Shown: positions 11,584-22,531 of the stretch, one piece after another | How positions within the stretch are numbered: position 1 is the stretch's first letter | Layout of the letters: every line of letters starts with the position of its first letter | DNA from: Selaginella moellendorffii | Taxonomy: Eukaryota > Plantae > Lycopodiophyta | Direction: 5' to 3' | DNA: 47,424 nt | Assembly (NCBI RefSeq): GCF_000143415.4 | Contig: NW_003314295.1 | Location: forward strand, 1,172,997-1,220,420 | Made by a program: the position numbers and the translations under genes | The notes under the pieces: model-generated | The model's input: only the letters and a program-made list of their open reading frames with translations | Databases searched by the model: none | Told to the model about the DNA's origin: nothing

Positions 11584-14500
11584 ATGGACGATTTCGAGAA
11601 GGCAATCTTTTTCAGCTTCAATCCCACCGTGGACGCCAATCTCAAGGCGCAGGCGACGGCGTTCGTCCAGCAGGCCAAGCAATCGCCGACGATAATCCAG
11701 GCCTGCGTCGAGAAGCTCCGCTACTCGCAGTACGCCGAGGTCCAATTCTGGTGCCTCCAGGCGCTGGAGGAGATCGTCAAGCAGCGCTACTCTTCCCTCG
11801 CATCGCAGCAGCGCCACCTCATCCGATCGTCTCTCCTGGCGGCGGTGTGCTTCTACGATCGCGACGCCAGCAGCGCTCCAGCGGCGCCGCCCTTCATCCG
11901 CAACAAGCTGGCCCAGGTGGTGGTGCTCCTCCTCTGCATCGAGTATCCATCCCAGTGGCCGGGGGCGTTCGTGGAGCTCATCTCCTTCCTCTCCAAGGGA
12001 CCGATGGTGGTGGACATGTTTTGCCGGATCCTCATCGCCCTCGACGAGGAAGTGATCAGCCTCGAGTTCCAGCGATCGCCGGCGGAGCTGGCCCTCGCCA
12101 CCCGGATCAAGGACGCGATGCGGCAGCAGTGCATCGGCCAGATCGCGGCGGCGTGGTACAATCTGGTGGCGGTGTACAGGTCCGCTAGGCCCGACCTCGC
12201 GGCTCTGGTGCTCGAGACGATGCAAAGGTATGTTTCCTGGATCGACATTGGATTGGTGGCGAACGAGAGCTTTATCCCACTCATGCTGGAGATCCTCGTC
12301 TCGCCGCAGGAGAACCGGGGGCTCCGTGGTGCCGCCGCGGATTGCTTGCTGGCCGTGGTGTCCAAGAGGATGGATTCGTCGGCCAAGCTTGCGCTCCTGC
12401 GCCAGCTCCGTTTGGGACCAGTTTGCGCGAGGTTGACGAGCGCCGAGGATGGCGAGTTTGGGAGCAAACTTAGCGCTCTTCTCACTGGGTTTGCTGCGGA
12501 GATTTTGGAGTGTGGGAAGGAGCGTGACACGGGCGACATGCTAGACGAGATCCTTCCATCGGTTTTCTACTTCATGCAGCACGGTGACGAGGATATATCT
12601 TCGACGACGTTCCTGTTTCTCAGCAACTTTGTCAAGTCGGCCACCGGGAAGCAGGCTACTCACTTGAGGCACATATTGGAGCTCATTCGGTACAGGATGC
12701 GGTACAGTGCCGACATGAAGGATGCTCTGGATGTTTTTGACCGGGAGGGGGAGGAGGAGGAGGAGAGGATGGACGAGTACCGGAAGGAGCTCCTCGTTTT
12801 GTTCCGTAGCGTCTACCGAGTTGCTCCGGAGGTGACAACTTCGTTCGTCAAGGGTGTGCTAGTTTCGATTCTGGGAAGCTCCGGGACGCCGTTTGAGGAG
12901 GTTGAAGCCGGGTTCACGCTGCTGTATTGCCTCGGGGAAGGCGTTCCTGAGAGTAGTTTGAAGGCGGACAGTGGAGACTTGCCGGAGATGCTCGGGGCGA
13001 TTTTGACAATGACTGTTCCCCGCACGTCGCACCGGGCAGTGGCGATCGTTTTTCTGGAAACAGTCATCAGATACGTAAAGTTTGTACAGCACCACGAGGC
13101 GTACGTTCCTGCTGTTCTTGGGGCGTTTCTGGATGGCAGAGGGATTCACCACCCGAATCCTAATGTCAGCTCCAAAGCAGGTTATTTATTTTCGAGGCTG
13201 GTGAGAACTCTTCGGTTGCAGTTGCTTCCTTATGTCGACAGCATCCTACAGGTGTGTTTCTTTTCTTTCATTGAACTCTCTTCTTCTTTTCGATTTTTAC
13301 TCGTTTTTTCGTGTTTCTTTTGCAGAGTTTGCAAGACACCTTGTGCATTTCGGCAAAAAAATCATCTCCAGAAGAGAAATTTTACACTTTCGAGGTATTT
13401 TATACGAAAACGCTTGAGGTAGCTTGATATGTGCCTTTCAGGCTGTTGGCTTTCTTATTGGAGCGGAGGATTTACCGCGTGATAAACAAGAAAAATATCT
13501 CTCGGCCGTTCTTCTTCCCCTCTACCAACTGGTAACACGTTCTTTTCAAAACGAGCATGAGTTTGAAAATTCTTCCAGGTTGAGTCTACATTGGCAAGCA
13601 AGGTCTCCTATGCCGATGGTAATCAGGCTGCCACCGTCGCACTTCTGCAGCAAATCGTGCTGGCTATCAATCACTTTAGCAAAGTGAGTGCGATTTGCAT
13701 TCGACCTAGGGACTTACCGCGGTCTTTCAGGGTTTTGGAGAGCAGCTGCTTGTGAATAGTCGTCCAGAACTTGGGAACACGTTCAAACAGGTTGGTTCAT
13801 TGTCAATTGTCATTTTTCTCTTATCTAATTGATGTGTTTGATATTTAGTCCGTGGACGTCGTGTTGAGAATTCTTCTCGCGTATCCCAGAGTTGATGCTC
13901 TCAGAAGCAAGGTAAAAATGAAACGAGCATTTTCACCTCTATCCTGTGACATTCTTTCAGGTTATTTCCTTTCTTCACCGGATGGTAGACATTCTTGGTA
14001 GTTCAGTATTCCCTATTTTGCCAACTGCGATACGGCAGCTGCTCTTGCAAAGCGAGGTAACTATTTTGTATTATTTTTTCTCTAGAAGTGATATCAAAAG
14101 GTTTCTTTTCAGTCCAAAGATTTGGTGGAGTTCATCCAGCTGCTTAACCAACTCATAAACAAATTCAAATCTGCTATGAACACAATCATTCAGGAGATTT
14201 TTCCTTCAGTCGTAGATCGGGTATTTTTTCTTCTTCCAAAGGGCTCTATTCCGGAGAATGTTGTCAGCAATACCGAGGTATGCATTATTGTTTTCCGAGA
14301 TTTTCGACTAATCGACGATCTTCTTTAGGAGATGCGCGAGCTTCAAGAGCTACAAAAGGCATTTTTTAACTTTTTGCATGCGGTTACGTCGAACGACCTT
14401 TCTTCGGTGCTCCGTTTCCAAACCGGTGGAAGGCTCAATGAGATCATCCTACTTTTGTTAGACAGTAGTTGCGGCCACAAGGACATACTTGTGAGAAAGG

Positions 14501-15124
14501 TATGTCCTTTTGTCATCTGTCATCTATGCTGCTCACGAGCTCGTTAGCAATGCAGATTTGCGTACAAGTCTTATCTAGATTGGCGTTGGACTGGTGCGGT
14601 ACCAGCACAGTTGTGGAACAGGTGATAAAACCTTTCCACTGTGATAACACGAATGTTCTCAAAGTCGTGCATTTATGCAGGTTCCTGGATTCCACCGGTT
14701 CGTGATTGACAGGTTTGCCGCAGATTGCTGCATCCGAAGTATTCTGCAGGCTTCGTTCAACCTCAACGATGCCAATACGGTAGCTGCATTTACTTCGCAC
14801 TGATTCCCATGCGTTTGATCGTTTTCTAAATTCGTTTCCAGGTGTCCTTGCTCAATGAGATTGCATCCGCGCAGAAGACTTTGTATGAGAGGTGTGGCGA
14901 AGACTTTTTGATACAGATGGCAACCAAAGTCCTCCCGGCTGTTCGCTGTCCGCCGAACATGGCCGAGGAGTATTGCTTGCACATTCAGGTAGAGCGCTGT
15001 GCGAGTGTGTGTTTTTAAATTCTTCTTGCGGTTGTTACAGCGATCGGATCCCAAGGTCTTGAAAACGTTCTACAGGAACTTTGCGGAGAAGCTCCGCTTC
15101 CAATACAACTCCGGCAACCAATAG
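11584..15124 (+). CDS. PSD: Exportin-T (tRNA export receptor, PAUSED/Los1 orthologue), multi-exon
   Basis: MDDFEKAI...VQFWCLQ...FIRNKLAQV...YPSQW...RIKDAMR...YVSWIDI typical of plant exportin-T. Large first exon 11584-13251, then many short GT-AG introns. Last exon RSDPKVLKTFY...NSGNQ* ends at 15124. Confidence 0.93.
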
Positions 15125-15251
15125 CACGTCTAACAGTTTTGATTGAGAAATAAAAAAGAATGGCTATTTTATAGAACGATTGATTCTTGCAAGCTTAAGT
15201 TACCCGAACTAATGCTTGGATTCCATAATGGAAGCAATCGAAAGAAACAAT

Positions 15252-16108
15252 TCACTTGAGAAGAGATCTCGTTAGATGTTCCTTGGCTGTAGCAAGTGCT
15301 TGAGAAAACGTCTGGAAAAGAAATCAAAAGTGAGGACAGTGGCAAAGGGAATTGTTAGAATCACCTGTTCTGAGAATGGGACGTCGGACTCCGCGCCGCG
15401 CATGGCTACCTTTGAAGCTATGCTGTTGGCATCAGTCTCCAAAATGGTGCTGGTTATACAACAAGAACAAAACAACGCCAGCATGAGAATGAGAGAAACA
15501 AAACGAAGGAAAAAAGGAGACTCACCCTCCATCGACAATCTCGTCCAAGCACAAAAGGATCAAATCCAGGTTCTCCAGGACCGTCTTCTTGTCCACATTG
15601 CCTCTACACGCGATCGAAGCCTCGTTTCAAGGTGTAGCAATGGCGGAAGAACTCACCTGAGTAGAATCGACACCGCGTCGAAAAACGCTTGAAGAACAGT
15701 CGCGAGGATGAGCTCGTTCTCGTCCTCCCTGCCAGTCACGTAGAAGTAGAGGTCGGCCACGAACTTAAACACCACGACATGGCCCTCGTACAAGCCAATC
15801 TCCGCTGCGAAAGGGAGAAGTCTGAGAAAAGGAAAAACTCGGCCTAGTTTTCTCTATTTGCTCACCTTCCTGGCGGGCGTTCATGCGCTGCGTCTTGGTG
15901 AAGACCGACTTCTCGAACGTGAGCTTGGCCGCGTTGTTGGGCCAATAGTCGCTGTAGTACTTGACGGCCACGCGCTTGCCCTCGTCGTCCAGCAGCAGTA
16001 TGTTGCTCACGAACGGATCCAGCAGCTGTGCGCGAGGGTTTGGAGGAGAATCAGTCAGATCTGGAGAGCAGGGAGCAAGATCAAGATCACAGAGCATACC
16101 TCTCCCAT
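15252..16108 (-). CDS. Coatomer subunit zeta (zeta-COP), multi-exon
   Basis: MGE|[25 protein letters not shown]...[41 protein letters not shown], and C-terminal [19 protein letters not shown]; GT-AG introns join these exons. Confidence 0.93.
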
Positions 16109-16524
16109 TTGCGCAGCGAAGACGATCCACTAAAAACCCTAAAGCCCAAAAAACGAATATGCCTCTCCTTGGCATATACCGCTCAGGAATATTCAGTCTC
16201 TTGCCCCTTCAAGCATATTCTGTCTCCTCAAAAAGCACATTCCGTTTGTTTTTATTAATCTCTTGACCAAAACGATGTGAGAATTTTCTAACACTTTTTC
16301 GAGTGTGCGCACGTCAACATTGGTGCGTGGGGCTCCTTAGAGTGGGGCGGGGTATATTCCATGCCTTGCGTCCCAAGGGAGAGAGATAGCGCTTGCCTTG
16401 CCATGGATGACTTCTCCTCCTCGCGCAATGCGTGGAAGGGAAAGAAGAGCAGCGCGGGGATTTCGATCGCGACGCAGCGGGAGCGGAGAAGCGAGGGCGA
16501 GGACGAATTTGGCATAATTGGATC

Positions 16525-18240
16525 ATGAAGAGCAGGGGAGGGCATAGCACCTGGCGGAAGATCGTCTATGGCGGAGTCTTGGCGCTGGCCATCATCGCGC
16601 TGCTGGCAATGCGCCCGGGATCGGAATCACGCGACGTTGGTGAGTTCCTCCCTCGGGAGATTAGAGGTGAAGCCAACAGGGTTGTCAAAGAGATCGTGGA
16701 GGAGAGCCACGCGATCAACAGTAAAATTGACCATATCGTGTCTCTCCCAGACAACGAATTCCTCTTCATTGTCTCGAGATCCTCGGCGCGAGATGAGAGG
16801 ATCGTCAAGGACCTCGCAAAGGGTCACTGTTACTTGAGATTCCCGTCGGGACCGAGGCCCATCGCCGCGAGGATTGTGGACAATCTTCGCGGCGATGGCG
16901 GGAGGAGGATGATCCGGTGCCGAGCAATCGACCAGCAGCTCCCATTGCAATCCCCGCTGGTCGCCACCGCCCAGATTCAATCCAGCGACGGCAAGATCAC
17001 TCTCGGGAGCCGTGGCCGATCGCTGGAGCTCGTGAATTGGAACAGGATCGTCTTTGCGGCGCTGGCCAGGGAAGAAGATCTTGTGCTCTTCACAAAGGGA
17101 ATTTTCTCGGTGAAGAAGGAGACTCCCCCAAAGCGCGCGAGATGCGTCTTCTACACGGACAATGGCGTCGCGGTCACATACACTCGCGTGCTCGGGCTCG
17201 CTCAAGAGATTATTCGCTGCGAATATCCGCCGGGACAGGGAAGATCTAGGGGCAGCCTGGTGTCGGTGGTTCCAGGAGAAGGTACAGGGGGCGACGCCGC
17301 GGCGCCGTCGGTGGCGGTCTACGGCGGCGCCGCCAGGGAGGGGCAAAGTGCCCGGCCCCGGCATTTGCTATGCGCGTGCACGATGGTCCACAACGCCGCC
17401 AAGTTCCTGCGCGAGTGGATGCTCTACCACTCGCGCCTTGGGATCGAGAAATTCGTTCTCTACGACAACAACAGCGAGGACGGGCTCGAGGAGGCGGCGG
17501 CGGAACTGCGGAATCGCGATGGATTGGCGGTGGAAATCGTGCCCTGGCCGTGGATCAAGAGCCAGGAAGCCGGCTTCTCGCACTGCGCCGCCAGCCGCAG
17601 GGACGAATGCCAGTGGATGGCATTTGTGGACGTGGACGAGTTCCTCTTCCCCAAGCTCTGGCTACATTCCGGCGCCAAATCCACAAACGCAACCGGGACC
17701 GTCGGATCGTCCCCTCTAGCGCGGGCGATCGCCGCCGCCACCCGGAATCGCTCGCAGATGGTCGGCCAGATCTCCTTCCACTGCCGCGATTTCGGGCCAT
17801 CCGGGCAGGCCACGCATCCAACGGCGGGGGTCACGCAGGGGTACACGTGTCGTGTGGTCAAGGAGCAGCGCCACAAGTCACTAGTCCGGCTGGAGGCCGT
17901 TGACCGGGGACTGGTCAACGTGGTCCACCACTTCACGCTGGGTCAACGCTACGCGACCGCGAGGATGCCGTCGTGGAAGGGCGTGGTCAACCACTACAAG
18001 TTCCAGGCGTGGGACGAGTTCAAGCAGAAGTTTGAGAGGCGGGTGTCGGCGTACGTGAGCGATTGGAAGGAGGAGCGCAACATCAAGTCGCAGGATCGAA
18101 CGCCCGGGCTGGGGAGCAAGGCGGACAAGCCCGCCGACTGGGAGCGCCGCTTCTGCGAGGTCCAAGACACCGGGCTCCGGGATTACATTCTCAAAACCAT
18201 GGCTTCTCCGGACAAGTTGGAGCTTCCCTGGCAGTCGTAG
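16525..18240 (+). CDS. Glycosyltransferase family 92 (DUF23) type II membrane protein, intronless
   Basis: N-terminal TM segment, LCACTMVHNAAKFLREW, YDNNSED, WPWIKSQEAGFSHCA, DVDEF (DxD), GVTQGYTCR, NVVHHF, NHYKFQAW. First in-frame ATG at 16525. Confidence 0.92.
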   Translation: MKSRGGHSTWRKIVYGGVLALAIIALLAMRPGSESRDVGEFLPREIRGEANRVVKEIVEESHAINSKIDHIVSLPDNEFLFIVSRSSARDERIVKDLAKGHCYLRFPSGPRPIAARIVDNLRGDGGRRMIRCRAIDQQLPLQSPLVATAQIQSSDGKITLGSRGRSLELVNWNRIVFAALAREEDLVLFTKGIFSVKKETPPKRARCVFYTDNGVAVTYTRVLGLAQEIIRCEYPPGQGRSRGSLVSVVPGEGTGGDAAAPSVAVYGGAAREGQSARPRHLLCACTMVHNAAKFLREWMLYHSRLGIEKFVLYDNNSEDGLEEAAAELRNRDGLAVEIVPWPWIKSQEAGFSHCAASRRDECQWMAFVDVDEFLFPKLWLHSGAKSTNATGTVGSSPLARAIAAATRNRSQMVGQISFHCRDFGPSGQATHPTAGVTQGYTCRVVKEQRHKSLVRLEAVDRGLVNVVHHFTLGQRYATARMPSWKGVVNHYKFQAWDEFKQKFERRVSAYVSDWKEERNIKSQDRTPGLGSKADKPADWERRFCEVQDTGLRDYILKTMASPDKLELPWQS

Positions 18241-18786
18241 TGAAGAGATGGTTTCTACTATAGGCTTTTGACACATTCTATACCATCGCCCGAGAAACCC
18301 GTGAGACGAGCTTGACTCCTTGCTTGATGCGCCAGTACAGTCGGTTGGGTGGTCGAATCGCGATTTTGAAAGTTTACTTTTTGGGTTGAAGTTCTCATCA
18401 TTCAAGCGGTTGCGCAGTCGTTTCGTCATGCATCTCGGAAAACACTGCCCCCCTCGAGCACTGCAAAGCATATTTCGGCCAACGTAACGATACGTGCTTT
18501 CGTTTTCAGTTTTCCACACAATGAGCTCCATTATTTTTAGCTTGGACGAGGGACCAAATCGATCGTGACCGATCGTGATGAGCACCATCTCGATCGTATC
18601 GGGCAGAAAAAGCCGACTCGCAAGCGAAGAATCGTTCGCACTCAGAGGCGGACGATCTCGAAGGCTTCGACAGCCTCGGCGATAGCGAGCTGGAAACGTA
18701 GCGAGAAAACCAGCTTGGAGCTCTACAAATCGACTCAAGCTCTTCTTGAGCTAAGGCTGTCATTCACATTCAAGCTTTAGTTTTAC

Positions 18787-18809
18787 CTCTCTCTCTCTCT
18801 CTCTCTCTC
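18787..18809. repeat. (CT)n microsatellite
   Basis: ctctctctctctctctctctctc run. Confidence 0.9.
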
Positions 18810-19275
18810 CGTTTTCGTTTGTTCGAAAGTTTAGCAAAGAGAATTTCCCTGGTGAAGTAGCCCACTTGCATCTGCGCAGCACTAGTGGAACCCGACTGCT
18901 CCAGTATAATCCGTGAGACTCTGACGGGAACAGCTTCCCTGTGCAAAAGACACAGTCCCATACCTAGCAATGCGTGAAAAGGAAGTAAGAATCCATAAGA
19001 ACCACAACTTGTGACATGTTGTCGATTAGCGAAGATTTGAGTCAGTGCGATCATCTATGGTTTACGCTTTGTCTTCCAGGCAAACATCCGTTAGGAAAAA
19101 CGAAAAGAAGTCCACAGTACCTGGAACTTAATAAATCCTTCCTAAGGAGCTGGCAGCTTCCGGTGCCGCCATGACGAAAACTATCAAGGTGGCCATCACA
19201 AGAGATCAAAACTTAGAAAAAATGGACGTGTCGACAGATCAAAGAAAAAGAATGTAAAATTGATCTCAAGCTCGA

Positions 19276-19832
19276 TCATTCGTTCTTCCTGGCTCGAGTG
19301 GAAGGATCTTCGGCACTCTCGACGAACATCATAAACAAGTAGCCAGCACACCACAGAGCGATGAATCGAAACGGGATCCAGTAAACGCAGCCAAGCAAGC
19401 TCAAAATGGAACCAAAGTACTGCGGATCCCGCAAGTATCCGAATGGAAACTTGTCTACCCAGGGAATGCTCTTGCCGAAGCGCACGCCATAGTAGACTCC
19501 ATCCTCGCCAAGCAGCTGATAAACCCTGAAACCATCAATCGACACCGACAGTGAGCAAAATCTTCCCAAATCTTTCAAGATACACACCTGATGTTCAATG
19601 CCTGACCCACAGCGATGGGAATCCACACCCACAGCGGCGGCCAAACAGAGAAATCAGCGACGGATGCCAGCGCCAGGAACTGCACAGCCTTCATTGCCGT
19701 GGACGCGAGCGCCATCGCATGGCACGGATCTGCTCCACCGCACAGGCGCGTCCATAGCGAGGGCCGCATCCAGAGAAGCGCGTAGAATGGGAAGGGCAGC
19801 AGCACTCCCGCTGAGACCAATATCGCTTCCAT
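19276..19832 (-). CDS. PLMT: Phosphatidyl-N-methylethanolamine N-methyltransferase (phospholipid N-methyltransferase), 2 exons, intron 19526-19587
   Basis: GVLLPFPFY..LW..P..W..LC..DPCH.MA; GQALNIR|VYQLLGEDGVYYGVRFGKSIPWV.KFPFGYLRDPQYFGS; ends EDPSTRA. The GT-AG intron restores the frame. Confidence 0.92.
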
Positions 19833-20040
19833 TGCTTCCTAAGAACCCTAAACCTCTGTGCGGCTGCCACGTGTAAAGGGCAAATTAACAAAGGACAAAC
19901 ACGAGCATATTCCTTAATTTGAATTTGTTCTAACGCAAAATTAGATCTGGCATGAACTTTTCACCATTTTAGTATCGACAACTGGGAAGATCAGTGACAG
20001 TTACCTTTGTTGGTTGACAGGCATTGTCTCCGCAATCAAT

Positions 20041-20224
20041 TCCCAGTTTGATCGTTCGCAACTTCTCTTCGCTGAGCAAATGTTGTCGCTCTCAAGCTTG
20101 CTTCCCCCAAAATGTCGCGGTTGAATACCCAGTTCGATCGTTCGCAACTTCTCTTCACTGAGCAGACGTTGTCGCTATCAAGCTGTTCGTTTTCGCTGCT
20201 TCCACCAAAAACATGTCGCGGTTG
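20041..20224. repeat. Imperfect tandem duplication of ~85-100 bp
   Basis: cccagttYgatcgttcgcaacttctcttcRctgagca...atgtcgcggttg occurs at ~20041-20123 and ~20126-20224. Confidence 0.85.
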
Positions 20225-20281
20225 TTCTGTCGATCCGTGGGTGAGAATTGACAGCAAAATTACCTCCACGAGAGGAGCTTG

Positions 20282-22098
20282 CTACTGCCACGCCATTTTC
20301 CTTACACCCCTTCTGCCACGCTGCGAAAACTCCCGCAAGACGTAGTCCCTCAAGCTCGTATCGTTCACCTCGCAGAACTTGTGCTTCCAGTTGACAGGCT
20401 CCACTTCCTGGGTGCCGAGGCCGGGAGTCCTGTCGTTGGAGTCCAAGTTCTTCTTCTGCTTCCAGTCGGAGACGTAGGCCGAGACTCGCCTCCGGAACTT
20501 GCCCCGGAACTCGTCCCAGGCCTGGTACTTGTAGTGGTTGATGACGCCTTTCGACGATGGAACGCTGGCGTTGGCGTAGCCCGGCCGGAGCTGGAAGTGG
20601 TGGACGACGTTGAGCAGCGAGGGATCCAACGCGCTCAGCAGCACAATCGACTTGTGGCGCTGGAGCTTTCTCGTCCGGCAAGTGTAGCCTTGGGTTACTC
20701 CACTCACGGGATGTGTCTTCTGTCCCGACGGGCCGAAAACTCTGCAGCCGAGGAAGATCTGGCCAACTTTGGTCATCTTGTTGCTCTGCCACGGCCTCCA
20801 AAGACCAAAAACTTTCTTCTGAGCTCTCTTAGAGGAACTCATGCTCTGCACCAGTGCCGTGAGGGGCCGGGAGTTTTTCTTGATCCACGCGGTCGGATAG
20901 ATGAACTCGTCGACGTCTGCGTAAACCATCCAAGTGCATTCCGCCTCAGCACGAAGCGCACAGTGGGAAAAACCAGCTTCCTGGGATTTGACCCAAGGCC
21001 AGAAGTGCCTGCTGACGTTGTACTGCTTCAAGTCCTCTAGAACCGCGGTGACATTGTCCTCGCTGTTGTTGTCGTAGAAGAAAAACCTCTCCACTCCAAG
21101 CTCCGAGTGGAAAATCACCCATTCCTTCAGAAACTTCGCCACGTTGAAAACCATGGTGCACGAGCACAGGAAGTACTTCCTTGTCACCTCCATCTCTGCC
21201 TTCCAAACCCCGAGGCCCTGCTCGTAGTAAGCCACCGAAGGCATCAGAGCCTTGTCCACGCTCAGCGTCACTTTCTTCCCAGCAATCGCCCTCCAAGAAC
21301 TCAATGGCGGATGCGCACAGCGGAAGACTTCCTGGGCAGCACTGGTGACTTTGGTGATCTCAACTCCATCACCAAACACACAGTTCAAGTCCTTGACACG
21401 ACGCTGCTGGCCCCTCTTTGTAACGATGCCCTTCGCGAACACCAGAACGTCCAGTGGCGTGACCACAGCCTCGAAAACCAGAAAGTTCCACTGCAAAGCT
21501 TCCACCTGTGGCGAAGAAACTAGCGCCCGGCCGCTGTCTACGTCCGTGAGGGACACCACGCCTCCACTAGCGCCGATCTTGACCTGGGAGGAGGAGGAGA
21601 AATTGCAGCGCACAGCCAGCCTGCGATTGTCCATATCCATCCCCTGGACGCTAACAAGCGTCCCATCGCCGAGAACGCAGCCCAGACTCTGGCGCTGACG
21701 AAGAAAATCGCTCGAAGCTGGGGTCTTGATCAGCAGAAGGACTTCTTCTGGCAGCGCCACAACGTCCTGGATGTAGACATGATCCACGCTCTCTGGCTCC
21801 CAGAGTTCTGCCTCCTCGACACGCAATTTACTCCCGGTCAGAAGATTGGTCCCAAGAACCGGCAAGAACACATCCCCTGTGCAAGAATCCGAGAGACTTA
21901 GCCTCCGATCGATCGAAATGCGAGGGGGGAAATACCTGGAGACGAGCTCGACATGAGAAATCCAGCTGCGACGAGCGAGAAGACGACGAAGACACCGCAC
22001 AGCGCGTCCAGGCGCTTGAATCTCGAAATGCCGAGCGCCAAGACTGCCGCGGCGGCTTGAGCTCCGCTCTGCGCGTTCTTGGAGATGGATCTTGCCAT
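20282..22098 (-). CDS. Second glycosyltransferase family 92 (DUF23) protein; exon 1 22098-21936, intron 21935-21877, exon 2 21876-20282
   Basis: Same motifs as the first GT92 (LCSCTMVFNVAKFLKEW, YDNNSED, DVDEF, NHYKYQAW). Splicing the 59-nt GT-AG intron joins MARS...LCGVFVVFSLVAAGFL (TM anchor) in frame to GDVFLPV. Confidence 0.9.
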
Positions 22099-22531
22099 AT
22101 TTCCTTGCTGAGAGGTGATCCACCCTAACCCTGGCCTCGAGGCTCCCACATCACTGCGCTACTCTCATTGTCACTCCCATTCGACGTGGCAGAGAGGCTC
22201 GCATTTAATCCTCCAATCTATGCTGCTCTGACTGACAGTGTAAGGAATCGAACCCGGCGTGGTCTCGAAAAAAGAAAGAACAGAAATTGAACTGGCGACC
22301 ATTCTTTGATAAAGGAAAGAATGTTATTGGCAGGAATCGAACTAATGACCATTCCTTGAAAAGAAAAAAGAATGCCATTCTTTCATTAAAATTTCTTGCT
22401 TTGTACACTTTGTGGTCACCAATGAAGAGAGAAAGACGACGATCTCTCTCTCTCTTTGTGGTGTCGTCCAAGCGATCAATCATCCATCCTTTCCCCCTAC
22501 TTCCGGGAAAAATGCCGCAAGTTCTTCTTCT

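Noticed and set aside
11066-12539. Long antisense and alternative-frame ORFs over exportin-T
   Set aside because: Shadow ORFs from GC-rich codon usage; no recognisable domains.
18500-18800. Small ORFs and a miR319-like CTTGGACGAGGGA
   Set aside because: The match is gapped and short, no complementary arm was found, and the ORFs have no recognisable features.
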